64,000 nucleotides of DNA, from NCBI GenBank assembly GCA_041695225.1, contig JBGFRI010000045.1:1-64000 (forward strand). Direction: 5' to 3'. The notes beneath the pieces were generated by a model, which saw nothing but the letters and a program-made list of their open reading frames with translations, made no database searches and had not been told where the DNA came from. This document shows, in pieces, positions 18,964 through 28,589 of the stretch. Numbering within the stretch: position 1 is the stretch's first letter; every line of letters begins with the position of its first letter. Source of the stretch: Deinococcota bacterium. GTDB lineage: Bacteria; Deinococcota; Deinococci; Deinococcales; Thermaceae. The position numbers were made by a program, and so were the translations under genes.

Positions 18964-19641
18964 TTACGAGAGAATTAAGTCCTCTCCGGGCTTTAGGGCC
19001 TGTCCCCCCACCCCCAGAAGACCAGCCCGACGGATAAAGGCATCTGCGTCCTGCGCAATGGGGGGAAAGGTGTTGTAGTGCACCGGCAAGACCTGCCTGG
19101 CCCTGACCAGCTCGAGAGCCTGCAGGGCATCGTCTGGACCCATGGTGTAGTGGTCGCCAATGGGCAGCACAGCCAGATCCAGGTTGTAAGCGGCCGCCAG
19201 GGTCATATCACCGAAGAGGGCGGTATCACCGGCGTTGTATATACGCCTTCCGCCTAGTTCTAAGATGAAGCCTTGTGCCAGCCCGCCGTAGGTTCCATCG
19301 GGGAAAGACGAGGAGTGCCAGGCCGGTAACCACTTGAGCCAGCCCCCTTTGAACCTGTAGGCGCCCCCCAGGTTCATGCCAATGCTCTGGCCCCCCTGCT
19401 TCTGGGCGTAACCTGCAATTTCGTAATTGGAGATGATGTGCGCACCAGTGCGCCGGGACAAGGCCACGCTATCGCCATAGTGGTCGCCGTGGGCATGCGT
19501 TACCACGATCAGGTCGGCCGACACTTGATCGACTCCAAGCGCTGCTTTGGGGTTGCCGGTTAGAAAGGGGTCCACCACAATGCGGGTAGTGCCGTCGCTT
19601 ATTAGCAGCGCTGAGTGTCCCAGATAACGTACTTCGACCAC
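18964..19641 (-). CDS. Metallo-beta-lactamase fold hydrolase (UPF0173-like)
   Basis: YLGHS, DPFL, THAHGDH, HSSS, AGDT, LPIGD, PVHYNTFP. Confidence 0.9.
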   Translation of the reverse strand: MVEVRYLGHSALLISDGTTRIVVDPFLTGNPKAALGVDQVSADLIVVTHAHGDHYGDSVALSRRTGAHIISNYEIAGYAQKQGGQSIGMNLGGAYRFKGGWLKWLPAWHSSSFPDGTYGGLAQGFILELGGRRIYNAGDTALFGDMTLAAAYNLDLAVLPIGDHYTMGPDDALQALELVRARQVLPVHYNTFPPIAQDADAFIRRAGLLGVGGQALKPGEDLILS

Positions 19642-19774
19642 GATGCCACCTCCAGATGCCTTTAGTATATGTCTACCGCTAACTCTTAAGTCGTTCCCCG
19701 ATTTGTCGCATAGGTTACGGCTTTGCCGGAATCGCGTAAGCGACTCGCCTAGGTCGCAGGTCTCGGATCAAAGT

Positions 19775-20218
19775 TTAGCCAACTCGAGCCAGCCTCTCCA
19801 GAACCCGCTCCACATTGCGCTCGAAGGAGGCTTCGGCTAGCCGCCCCAGGGCCCGCCCTCCCCATTTTTCGCCCTGGGGCAGGGCGGCGTGGATGCGAAG
19901 AGTAAGGCAGTAGTCAATTCCACCCTCCAAGACCTCTGCGCTTCCCTCCAGTTCGGCCCAGAATGGCGGTGCATCTTCAATGGCCAAGGCCTCTAAGCGG
20001 GCCATCCTGCCCTCAGAATGAATGCGGCTGGAAAATGGAAACTGGATTTCCCCAAACAACGGTGCCTCGGCCACCAGATAGCCCTGCAGGGTACTGTTCT
20101 CTCGGAGCAGTTCACCAAAGGGCGCTTTCCCGGCAAAGACCTGTTCGGGAGTTAGCAGATGTTCGGGGGGCTCGGCAAGCCACAGATGAAAGGACTTTTC
20201 CAGTACCATAATCTTCAA
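19775..20218 (-). CDS. Deinococcota-specific protein (DUF3809-like)
   Basis: Recognised family-like sequence (FGEIQFPF..EKWGGRAL); start overlaps the stop of the upstream small gene. Confidence 0.6.
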   Translation of the reverse strand: MKIMVLEKSFHLWLAEPPEHLLTPEQVFAGKAPFGELLRENSTLQGYLVAEAPLFGEIQFPFSSRIHSEGRMARLEALAIEDAPPFWAELEGSAEVLEGGIDYCLTLRIHAALPQGEKWGGRALGRLAEASFERNVERVLERLARVG

Positions 20219-20418
20219 TTAACCCACTCTACCCGCAGCTTCCCGGCCTTTGACAGCTGTTCGATCTCTTCGTCGGTCACATTGCGTAACCGCGAAAGGT
20301 TGCTGAATTCTGGGGTGGCGGTAGCCAGGCCTACCCGTACTACCAGCACCTCTTCTCCTTCGGCCTTACCAATGCGCCAGACCAGATGGTTGCCCAGCCG
20401 CTCGAGCAGGTCGTTCAT
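20215..20418 (-). CDS. Small Deinococcota protein (DUF3248-like)
   Basis: LGNHLVWRIGKAEGEEVLVVRVGLATATP..RLRNV..RVEWV; leaderless TACCCT-N7-ATG. Confidence 0.7.
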   Translation of the reverse strand: MNDLLERLGNHLVWRIGKAEGEEVLVVRVGLATATPEFSNLSRLRNVTDEEIEQLSKAGKLRVEWVN

Positions 20419-20460
20419 AGGCCCTAGGGTAACTGGTTGCGGTGGCTGGGTAAAGTGAAC

Positions 20461-20560
20461 AGGTCTCAGGTCGCAGGTCAAAAGTCAGTCGCAGGTCGCA
20501 GGTCGCGCGTCAAAAGCTACCGGCCATCAGCTATTAGCTATCGGCCACGGTCTCAGGTCG
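20461..20560. repeat. Degenerate heptamer array (GGTCGCA / GCTATCA types)
   Basis: aggtctc aggtcgc aggtc.. tcgcagg tcgcagg; cagctat tagctat. Confidence 0.75.
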
Positions 20561-20570
20561 CCCCCACCTG

Positions 20571-20790
20571 TTCATTGCGAGAAGGCCCCTGGGCCGACGA
20601 ATCAACGGACAGGGTGACTGAGTGGCCGAGGCTCGTCCTGAGCCTTGCCCTGAGCCTTCGGGCCGAGGCCCTCAGGCCGAGGGCTTGCCGAAGGGGCAGT
20701 CGAAGGGATTGGGTTGCTTAGTCCACCCGGGAGGAGCTAAGCGCAGCTTGGCCGCCGAGGTGATCTGGATTGCTAGCGCTCTGAGAGCGC
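20571..20790. repeat. Composite REP-like cluster
   Basis: TCATTGCGA..GGCCGACGAA, GCCCTGAGCC..GCCGAAGGG and GATCTGGATTGCT modules shared with other intergenic sites. Confidence 0.75.
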
Positions 20791-21040
20791 TGTTGAGAAA
20801 CTTCGGGCAACCAACGCTTCTCCCTCCTTGGCAGCGACCAGACCCGGTCAGCCTTACGCCAGTATGCTGTTGATCGGGGTCTTGGCTTGCGCCGTGCCAC
20901 CACTTGTCACATCACCACTGACCGGAACCATACTCGCAAACGGGCTCTCAAGACACCACTGCAAATTCGGTCTCTGCTGCCTGGTCACTCCACAAGGAGA
21001 GTACACAACACGCCCCACTCTGGCAAGTTTCTCTACTTCG
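20788..21040. mobile_element. Candidate MITE (about 250 bp) with imperfect terminal inverted repeats
   Basis: CGCTGTTGAGAAACTT (20788-20803) vs AAGTTTCTCTACTTCG (21025-21040), 13/16 complementary; no convincing ORF inside. Confidence 0.45.
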
Positions 21041-21112
21041 CACAGGGTCCCGGGACCCTGGGGTACTCGCAATGACGAAGTTCGGTCTTTATACGAGGAG
21101 GCCACAGCACAT

Positions 21113-21190
21113 GGGTCGCAAGTCGCAAGTCTCAGTTGCAGGTCGAATGGCGAGGGTCGGGAACGGGCTGGAAGACTCAAAAGTAGAACT
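21113..21190. repeat. Degenerate heptamer array
   Basis: gtcgcaa gtcgcaa gtctcag ttgcagg tcgaa.. Confidence 0.65.
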
Positions 21191-21248
21191 TCGATACTCC
21201 CCAATTGACACCTGCAGGGAATGCTGTGTGAAACGGAGACAAGAATTA

Positions 21249-21972
21249 GGGGCTGTACTAGATAAGCAGTAGTCTAGATACAGCATTATGCCGACCAGAA
21301 AGACGAAACTAAGTGTCAGAAAAGCTGGAAGATTGGTGGAGTATTTCGTAGCCGAGACCACCGCGAGAACGGCTGCGGATCTTGTTGGGGTTAACAAGGC
21401 GACGGCAGCACTCTTCTACCACAAGATACGGACGGTGATCAACACCCGAATCAAGGCCGAGGTGTTCAGCGGGGAGGTGGAAGTGGATGAGTCGTACTTT
21501 GGTGGGGCGAGGAAGGGCAAACGGGGTAGGGGTGCTGGGGGTAAAGTCCCGGTGTTCGGCATCCTCAAGCGTTCAGGCCGGGTTTACACGGTTCCATTGG
21601 ACAACCTCAAAGCCGATACTTTGATCCCCATCATCAAACAGAAGGTGGTGCCTGACTCGATTGTGTACACCGATGGGTTCAAGAGCTACGACGTACTGGA
21701 CGTGAGTGAGTTCAAACACCAGCGTATTGACCACAGCAAGGAGTTAGTAGACCAGCAAGACAAAGGTAAACACATCAACGGCATAGAAAACTTCTGGAAC
21801 CAGGCTAAGCGTGTGCTACGTAAGTACAACGGCATCCCCAGGCAGCACTTCCACCTCTTCATCAAGGAGTGCGAGTTCCGTTTCAACTATGGAACTCCCA
21901 GTCAACAACTCACAACCCTCAAACGCTGGCTCAGAAAGGAGGGGGTATTCTAGCCTTATCTAGTACAGCCCC
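21249..21972 (+). mobile_element. IS1595 family, IS1016-group insertion sequence (724 bp)
   Basis: Perfect terminal IRs GGGGCTGTACTAGATAAG / CTTATCTAGTACAGCCCC, each flanked by TA; single transposase. Confidence 0.93.
21288..21953 (+). CDS. IS1595/IS1016 DDE transposase
   Basis: GEVEVDESYFGG..KGKRGRGAGGK, IVYTD, HINGIENFW, KECEFRFN. Confidence 0.95.
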   Translation: MPTRKTKLSVRKAGRLVEYFVAETTARTAADLVGVNKATAALFYHKIRTVINTRIKAEVFSGEVEVDESYFGGARKGKRGRGAGGKVPVFGILKRSGRVYTVPLDNLKADTLIPIIKQKVVPDSIVYTDGFKSYDVLDVSEFKHQRIDHSKELVDQQDKGKHINGIENFWNQAKRVLRKYNGIPRQHFHLFIKECEFRFNYGTPSQQLTTLKRWLRKEGVF

Positions 21973-22064
21973 TACGAAATGACCACTAAGGTTGCAGTAT
22001 TGGTTGTTAGCCCAGAACAACACTCGGCATCTCAAACCCTACGGGAGTAGGATCGTGAGCAGTG

Positions 22065-22111
22065 ATACCTATAACGGGTATTTGACACAATACCCCCCTG
22101 GGATATATTCT
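22065..22111 (+). promoter_or_regulatory. Sigma-70-type promoter bracketed by two CsoR/CstR-type operators
   Basis: ATACCTATAACGGGTAT (22065-22081), TTGACA (22082-22087), ATACCCCCCTGGGATAT (22090-22106), -10 TATATT/TATTCT. Confidence 0.75.
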
Positions 22112-22131
22112 ACTAGCCGGGAGGTTTGGAT

Positions 22132-23574
22132 ATGCTTTTCAAGCAAATTTACGAGGAAGGACTGGCCCAGAGCAGCTACTTTATCGGCTGTCAGTCGAAC
22201 GGAACCGCGGTCGTGGTTGACCCCCGGCGGGATATTCAGGTCTATCTCGAGGAGGCCCGTAAAAACGGAATGCAGATCGTGGCGGTCACCGAGACTCACA
22301 TCCACGCCGATTATCTTTCCGGTGCGCGTGAGCTGGCCAGGGCCACCGGGGCCAGACTCTACCTTAGCGACGAGGGCGACGAAAACTGGAAGTACAGTGG
22401 CCTCGAGGGTTTCGACTACCAGCTGGTCACCGATGGCGACCAGATCAGGCTGGGCAATATCACCCTGACGGTAGTGCATACTCCCGGTCACACCCCCGAA
22501 CACATCAGCTTTCTGGTGCAAGACGGTGCTGCCGCCAGCGAGCCCGGCTTTATCCTGACCGGCGACTTTGTTTTTGTGGGCGATATTGGTCGCCCCGACC
22601 TGCTGGAAGAGGCCGCAGGCATCATGGGAACTGCCGAGCCAGGGGCAAGGCGCATGTTCAAAAGCCTCAAAGAAAAGTTCCTTAGCCTGCCTGACTATGT
22701 CCAGGTCTGGCCCGGCCACGGTGCGGGCTCGGCCTGCGGTAAGGCCCTGGGGGCCGTTGCCAGTACTACCGTGGGCTACGAGCGCCTGTTCTCCTGGTGG
22801 GCCGGTTATGTGCGTTCAGGCGACCAAGAGGGTTTTGTAAAAGAGCTGCTATCCGACCAGCCCGAGGCCCCCTACTATTTCGCCCAGATGAAGCGGCTAA
22901 ACCGTGACGGGATGCCCATTCTGGGTGGTTTGCCCAGGCCCGCCCTGCTAAGCCCGGCTCAGTTTGAGCAAAAATTGGCTCAGGGGGCCATTCTGGTAGA
23001 CACCCGCGATAAGCTGGCTTTTGCCGGCGGGCATCTGCGGGGCGCCATCAACCTGCCCGCCAACAAAAGTTTCTCGAACTGGGCGGGCTGGCTGCTGCCT
23101 TACGACCAGGACCTGGTACTGCTGGCAGAGAGCGACCAGGTAGAGGATCTGATGGCAAGATTAATACGCATCGGCCTGGACCGGGTGGTGGGGTATATCC
23201 CTGGCCTCGAGGGCTATGCCCAGGGCGAGCTCGAGGTGGTTCCGCAGATCACCGCGGCTGAAGCCAAAGCCCTCTGGGAAAAGGGCCAGGCCGTCATTGT
23301 GGATGTGCGGGGGGCCGACGAATACCTGGCCGGACACATCCCCGGTGCGCAGAACATCCACGCCGGACGGGTGAGGAACAATCTGCAGCGTATCCCTAAA
23401 GACCAGCCGGTGATCGTACACTGCCTGGGCGGAGACCGCTCCTCCACGGCCATCAGCGTCTTACGGTCGGCCGGCTATGACAATCTGATCAATCTGACCG
23501 GCGGCATCCGGACCTGGCAGCAGGAAGGCTTCCCGATCACCAAGGGTCGGCCCCACAGCCCAGTCGGAGTCTAA
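22132..23574 (+). CDS. CstB-like persulfide dioxygenase (MBL fold) fused to two rhodanese domains
   Basis: THIHAD, HTPGHTPEH, GDIGRPDL, WPGHGAGSACGK; Cys-less middle rhodanese; C-terminal HCLGGDRS. Confidence 0.9.
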   Translation: MLFKQIYEEGLAQSSYFIGCQSNGTAVVVDPRRDIQVYLEEARKNGMQIVAVTETHIHADYLSGARELARATGARLYLSDEGDENWKYSGLEGFDYQLVTDGDQIRLGNITLTVVHTPGHTPEHISFLVQDGAAASEPGFILTGDFVFVGDIGRPDLLEEAAGIMGTAEPGARRMFKSLKEKFLSLPDYVQVWPGHGAGSACGKALGAVASTTVGYERLFSWWAGYVRSGDQEGFVKELLSDQPEAPYYFAQMKRLNRDGMPILGGLPRPALLSPAQFEQKLAQGAILVDTRDKLAFAGGHLRGAINLPANKSFSNWAGWLLPYDQDLVLLAESDQVEDLMARLIRIGLDRVVGYIPGLEGYAQGELEVVPQITAAEAKALWEKGQAVIVDVRGADEYLAGHIPGAQNIHAGRVRNNLQRIPKDQPVIVHCLGGDRSSTAISVLRSAGYDNLINLTGGIRTWQQEGFPITKGRPHSPVGV

Positions 23575-23582
23575 GACAGGCT

Positions 23583-23897
23583 ATGAACCAAAACCTGGAT
23601 GTCAAGACTGCATATCTGACTTTGAGCCGCTACCAGGTGGTTGATCTCCGTGAACCCCACGAGTGGGCCGAGGGGATACTGCCAGGTGCGCTGCGGCTAC
23701 CGCTTTCGAAGCTTTCGGGTCTGGCCCCGCTCTACCTGAAGCGCGATCAACCCGTACTGGTCTATTGTCGCAGCGGGAACCGTTCGCAAGAAGGCCTGCA
23801 AACCCTAATGCGCCTTGGTTACGCCAAGGTTTGGCAGCTAGAAGGCGGCGTCCAGGCCTGGAGCGAACTCGGCATTCCCTGCGCCAGCCATGTCTGA
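23583..23897 (+). CDS. Single-domain rhodanese
   Basis: VDLREPHEW, YCRSGNRS, LEGG. Confidence 0.9.
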   Translation: MNQNLDVKTAYLTLSRYQVVDLREPHEWAEGILPGALRLPLSKLSGLAPLYLKRDQPVLVYCRSGNRSQEGLQTLMRLGYAKVWQLEGGVQAWSELGIPCASHV

Positions 23898-23906
23898 AGG
23901 AGAACC

Positions 23907-24569
23907 ATGTTGACCGTACCTTACAAAGAGATTAGCCCCCAGGAGGCCCAGCAGCTACTAAAGCAAAACACCCTTTTTATTGATGTGCGCGAGCCCGAGG
24001 AGTATGCCCAGGCCCGTATTGCCGGGGCGCAGCTAATTCCGCTCTCGGAGTTTGCCGGGCGTTATCACGAGCTCCCAAAAAATCAGCCTGTAGTGCTGTA
24101 CTGTCGCAGCGGCAACCGTAGCGCCCAGGCTGCGGGCTGGCTTGCGGCCAAGGGCTACACCAGACTCTTTAACCTGGACGGGGGCATTATGGCCTGGTAT
24201 CAGGCCGGGCTGGAGCTGGACACCCAGCCAGCCGAGGCCGTCTACCAGAACACTGCCTTCAGTGAACTAACCCCGCAGGAGGCCAAAGCCTGGATCGAGG
24301 CCGGCGCCTATGTGGTGGATGTGCGCGAGCCCTACGAGTATGCGCTGGGGCACGTACCGGGCGCCGTGAACATCCCGTTGGGGAGCTTTACTGCCCAGGC
24401 TGCCAATCTGCCCAAAGACCGCAAGCTGGTGGTGGTATGTGCCTCGGGAGGGCGTTCTTCGCAGGCCTCGGAGTATCTGGTCGGCCAGGGTTTTGACGGC
24501 AACCTGGTTGGCAACCTCGAGGGCGGTACTTACGGCTGGATGAGCGCGGGCTTTGAGGTGGAGCGTTGA
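23907..24569 (+). CDS. Tandem two-domain rhodanese
   Basis: Two DVREP domains with YCRSGNRS and VCASGGRS. Confidence 0.92.
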   Translation: MLTVPYKEISPQEAQQLLKQNTLFIDVREPEEYAQARIAGAQLIPLSEFAGRYHELPKNQPVVLYCRSGNRSAQAAGWLAAKGYTRLFNLDGGIMAWYQAGLELDTQPAEAVYQNTAFSELTPQEAKAWIEAGAYVVDVREPYEYALGHVPGAVNIPLGSFTAQAANLPKDRKLVVVCASGGRSSQASEYLVGQGFDGNLVGNLEGGTYGWMSAGFEVER

Positions 24570-24907
24570 TCGCCTGGCTCAAGAAACTGCTTGGGGGCGG
24601 GGCGGCAGTAGCAGTTCTGAGCCCTACTGAAGCCCATGACAAGGCCAGAGCCGGAGCCATCATTCTGGACGTCAGAACTCCGCAGGAGCGGCAGCAGGAA
24701 AAGATTCCTCACTCGCAGGCGCTACCGCTGGACAAACTGGCCCAGGGGTGGGAAAAGCTGCCCAGAGACAGGGAAATTATCTGCCAGTGCGCGAGTTGCG
24801 GGCGCAGCGCCAGGGCAGCACGTTTTCTGGCTGGCAAGGGTTTTACCGTCTACAATCTGGCGGGCGGCCTCTTGGCCTGGAAGCAGCATAGACTTCCGGT
24901 GAAGTGA
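24566..24907 (+). CDS. Single-domain rhodanese
   Basis: LDVRTPQE, CQCASCGRS, NLAGG. Confidence 0.88.
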   Translation: MIAWLKKLLGGGAAVAVLSPTEAHDKARAGAIILDVRTPQERQQEKIPHSQALPLDKLAQGWEKLPRDREIICQCASCGRSARAARFLAGKGFTVYNLAGGLLAWKQHRLPVK

Positions 24908-25251
24908 TGCAGGATGTTTTCCCCAATGAGCGGGGGTTGTGGCAAAAGCTTGGGACTCTGTGGCTGGATGTCCGAGGCCACGAAAAGTCTGCCGCTGCGC
25001 AGATTCCTGGCTTCAGCAGTCTGCCGCTACAGGTATTGTTCGAGCAGTTATCAAACCGGTGTGGCCTGTGTGGCCCTCTGGTAACCATCTGTACCAGCGG
25101 TAGTCGGGCCGGGCTGGTAGCAAAGGTGACGCCCTGTGAGGGGCTCGAGGCCGGTCGGCGGATCAGGGAAGCCCAGGGCTACGCTGTGCTGGCATACCCG
25201 CTGGTCAAATCGCTGCGAGCTGGCAGGCTCGAGGAAACCACATGCTGCTGA
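24904..25251 (+). pseudogene. Degenerate rhodanese-like ORF
   Basis: LDVR..IPG..LPL..ICTSGSRA retained, but many atypical residues and no LxGG..W end. Confidence 0.5.
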
Positions 25252-26003
25252 CCCTTATCGGTGCGGCGGTAATTGGGCTGGCCCTGGGGATGCTTGGCTC
25301 GGGTGGGTCAATTCTCACTGTCCCGGTGCTGACCTATCTGGTAGGCGAGCCAGAAAAGCTCGCCATTGCCCAGTCGCTGGGCATCGTGGGGTTCATCGCC
25401 CTTGTGGGGGCGGTTCCCTACGGACTCAAGCGGAACATTGACTGGGCTAGCGTGATCTGGTTTGGCCTGCCGGGCATGCTGGGAACCTACCTTGGGGCCT
25501 TTTTGTCGCAGTGGGTGCCAGGGGTCTGGCAGCTCGGACTGTTTGCGGCGGTAATGCTGCTGGCGGCCTATCTGATGTTCCGCCCGCCAAAACTTGTGGG
25601 CGTTAGCCAAAAACGTTCACACTGGAAAATTGTCCTCGACGGCCTGGTGGTCGGAGTCCTGACCGGACTGGTTGGGGTGGGAGGCGGTTTTCTGGTGGTT
25701 CCTGCGCTGGTGCTTCTGGGCGGGCTGCCCATGCACCTGGCGGTCGGTACCAGCCTGGCGATCGTAGCTTTGAAGTCCGTCAGTGGTTTTTACAAATACC
25801 TGCAACTGCTGCCCGCGCAAGGCTACACCGTGAACTGGGAGATCGTGCTGCTCTTCGCGGTGGTGGGCATGGCGGGAAGCCTGCTGGGTGGGCGCATGGC
25901 AGCCCTGATTCCCCAGTCTCTTCTTCGGCAGGGATTTGCCGGGTTTCTGGTGGTAATGGGGATATTTATACTCTGGCAGAATCTGCCCCGAATGTTAGAC
26001 TAA
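25242..26003 (+). CDS. TauE/SafE family sulfite exporter
   Basis: LGSGGSILTVP and GVGGGFLVVP repeats, AVGTSL, about 8 TM segments. Confidence 0.92.
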   Translation: MLLTLIGAAVIGLALGMLGSGGSILTVPVLTYLVGEPEKLAIAQSLGIVGFIALVGAVPYGLKRNIDWASVIWFGLPGMLGTYLGAFLSQWVPGVWQLGLFAAVMLLAAYLMFRPPKLVGVSQKRSHWKIVLDGLVVGVLTGLVGVGGGFLVVPALVLLGGLPMHLAVGTSLAIVALKSVSGFYKYLQLLPAQGYTVNWEIVLLFAVVGMAGSLLGGRMAALIPQSLLRQGFAGFLVVMGIFILWQNLPRMLD

Positions 26004-26344
26004 CCATCGCAGATATGCCTACCGTCCTTTGTCCCGTTGAGCTCAGCTCAACACCTCAGGCACTGCGCCTTTGACTCGGCCCTGCTTCTTCGGCACTTCT
26101 ACCAGCCATGTTACATCAGCCAAGGTCCGCTATAACTCAAGCTGGTGCATGGCCCGCTGGCGAGTAGGGCAAAGGGGTTTGGTCGAGTATGCCACCTGGT
26201 CCTTTAGTCTGACCAATACCCGCGCTAAAGCCTAAAAATAGCCATATCCTGCCTCAGGTGGGTTAGGATGTACCCTGGCTGGAAGGGCTAAGTTAGATTT
26301 CGACAGGCCCGCTCGAGGGCTGTACGAAAAAAAGGAGCGAGCGT

Positions 26345-27811
26345 ATGAGTACATCGTCGGTGCAGTCAGAGAAGAAGCTGGTTACCCTGATCCCAGGGGA
26401 CGGGATAGGCCCCGAGTGCGTAAATGCTGCCCAGCAGATTGTCGAGGCGTCGGGGGCACTTGTGGCCTGGGAGGTGCGCCATGCAGGGGCAAGCGTATTC
26501 CGGCAAGGCATAGCCTCGGGCGTACCCCAGGAGACCATTGAGTCCATTCGCAAGACCCGCGTGGTACTCAAGGGCCCCCTGGAGACGCCAGTCGGCTTTG
26601 GCGAGAAGAGCGCTAATGTCACCCTTCGCAAGCTATTCGAGACGTATGGCAACATCCGGCCGGTGCGCGAGCTGCCAGGTGTGCCGACCCCATACAGTGG
26701 CCGGGGTATTGACCTGGTGGTGGTGCGCGAAAACGTAGAAGATCTGTACGCCGGTATCGAGCATATGCAGACCCCCGGAGTGGCGCAGTGTCTAAAGCTG
26801 ATCTCGTCCAAGGGCAGCGAGAAGATTGTTCGCCTGGCCTTCGAGCTGGCCATTGCCGAAGGGCGCAAGCGTGTTCACTGCGCGACCAAGTCTAACATCA
26901 TGAAGCTTACCGAGGGCACTTTGAAGCGCACCTTTGAGAAGGTGAGCAAGGAGTATCCCCAGATTGATGCGCAGCACATCATCATTGACAACTGCGCCCA
27001 TCAGCTGGTGAAAAAGCCCGAGCAGTTCGATGTCATTGTGACCACCAACATGAACGGCGATATCATCAGCGACCTGACCTCGGCCCTGGTGGGTGGGCTT
27101 GGCTTTGCTCCCTCGGCCAACATTGGCAACGAGGTAGCCATCTTCGAGGCGGTGCATGGCTCGGCTCCGAAGTATGCTGGCAAAAACGTAATCAACCCGA
27201 CTGCGGTGATTCTCTCGGCGGTGATGATGCTGCGTCACCTGGGCGAGTTCGAGGCCGCCGCCAGGATCGAGCACTCCATCCTGATTACCCTCGAGGAGGG
27301 CCAGGCACAGACGGGCGATGTGGTGGGCTACGAGCGTGGGGTTTCCACTACCGCCTTCACCCAGGCCGTTATCGCTAACCTTGGCCGGGTATCACAGCGC
27401 TACGCCGTGCGTTCGTACAAGCCAATAAGGCTTCCCGAAGTTCCCGCCGCCCCCGACTTTGTAAAGCCCGGCAGCCGCCAGGTACTGGGTGTAGATGTCT
27501 TTCTGGAGTCGGCGCTCTGGCCTGAAGAGCTCGGGAAGAGCCTCGAGCAGATCTCCGAGGGAACACCCCTCAAGCTCAAGATGATCTCCAACCGCGGAAC
27601 CAAGGTCTACCCTGCCACCGGCGCAATTACCGACTGTGTGGATCACTGGCGCTGCCGCTTTATTGCCCGCCAGCCCGAGGCCGACCTGCCCGACTCGGCC
27701 ATTTTCGACCTTCTGCAAAGAATTGCTGCCCAGCACCGCTGGATGCACACCGAAAAGCTACAGCAGTTTGATGGTGAGGCTGGTTTCACCCTTGCGCAGG
27801 GCGAGGATTGA
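26345..27811 (+). CDS. icd: Isocitrate dehydrogenase (Thermus-type, C-terminal extension)
   Basis: IPGDGIGPE, KSANVTLRK, VRENVED, TKSNIMK, NMNGDIISD, EAVHGSAP. Confidence 0.95.
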   Translation: MSTSSVQSEKKLVTLIPGDGIGPECVNAAQQIVEASGALVAWEVRHAGASVFRQGIASGVPQETIESIRKTRVVLKGPLETPVGFGEKSANVTLRKLFETYGNIRPVRELPGVPTPYSGRGIDLVVVRENVEDLYAGIEHMQTPGVAQCLKLISSKGSEKIVRLAFELAIAEGRKRVHCATKSNIMKLTEGTLKRTFEKVSKEYPQIDAQHIIIDNCAHQLVKKPEQFDVIVTTNMNGDIISDLTSALVGGLGFAPSANIGNEVAIFEAVHGSAPKYAGKNVINPTAVILSAVMMLRHLGEFEAAARIEHSILITLEEGQAQTGDVVGYERGVSTTAFTQAVIANLGRVSQRYAVRSYKPIRLPEVPAAPDFVKPGSRQVLGVDVFLESALWPEELGKSLEQISEGTPLKLKMISNRGTKVYPATGAITDCVDHWRCRFIARQPEADLPDSAIFDLLQRIAAQHRWMHTEKLQQFDGEAGFTLAQGED

Positions 27812-27862
27812 TTCCATCCCGCCCCTGCCATTGGGGTCTGAACCACCCCTCCTGAGCAAACA

Positions 27863-27886
27863 GATGCCGCCCGTACGGGCGGCATC
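27863..27886. terminator. Hairpin downstream of icd, probable terminator
   Basis: Perfect 24-bp palindrome GATGCCGCCCGTACGGGCGGCATC. Confidence 0.65.
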
Positions 27887-28128
27887 GTTGTATAGAGCGT
27901 TAAAAAACATGGCATCTAGCTGGCTTAATTTGGGTGTGCGCGACACCTTTGTCCTGGTAGTGCGGACTGCTATACTTCTGTCTAACATGCCACGGGACAT
28001 TTCTTTCACCCGGTCTGGCTGGTGGTCACCAGCCGCTTTTCTTCGCACCTGGCGGCAGCCCTTGTGTCCGGCATAAAGACCTGTGCGAGCATGGAGACGC
28101 TAACGGGATAGCGGGTAAAGGGGGAAAT

Positions 28129-28503
28129 ATGCCCATGGAATACCGCGGCAAAAACCTGGTCTGGGCTTTGCTTCTGGCTGGGCTGGTATTCCTGGTTTCT
28201 ACCCAGTATGTCTTGCGCGACCCGCGCACCATGCTGCTACCACAGGGCTTGGCTGGTCTGGATGTCTGCCGGGTGCATCTGGGTGGCCCAAACTCCTCCC
28301 ATCACTCCAGTTCGCCCCATCAGCCCCAGCCCCACTGCCCGCTCTGCCTGGCCCCGAGCTTTAGCGATGGGCAGGTGAGACTGGCCGTACAAGCCCCCCA
28401 GCCCGTGCTAAAGCCAGTGAGCTGGCGGGCTGCTGCTTGCATTGAAAACCTCCGGTTTCAGCCCAGCTTCCCCCTTTTGAGCCGGGGCCCACCGCAAATT
28501 TAG
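28129..28503 (+). CDS. DUF2946 / CutF-CruR-like regulatory upstream ORF
   Basis: N-terminal hydrophobic segment, VC..His-rich..HCPLC, C-terminal SRGPPQI*. Confidence 0.75.
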   Translation: MPMEYRGKNLVWALLLAGLVFLVSTQYVLRDPRTMLLPQGLAGLDVCRVHLGGPNSSHHSSSPHQPQPHCPLCLAPSFSDGQVRLAVQAPQPVLKPVSWRAAACIENLRFQPSFPLLSRGPPQI

Positions 28504-28589
28504 CCTGAGCGCTGTCCTGGCAGCCCCCGGTCTGGTCGGCTGTCGCCTGGCGTCGGTTAGGGTATTTGCTGGCCCTGGAGGTTTTAGGC

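Noticed and set aside
27987..28076. 29-codon ORF after TGcTATACT
   Set aside because: No SD or recognisable motif; may only be the leader of the DUF2946-like gene
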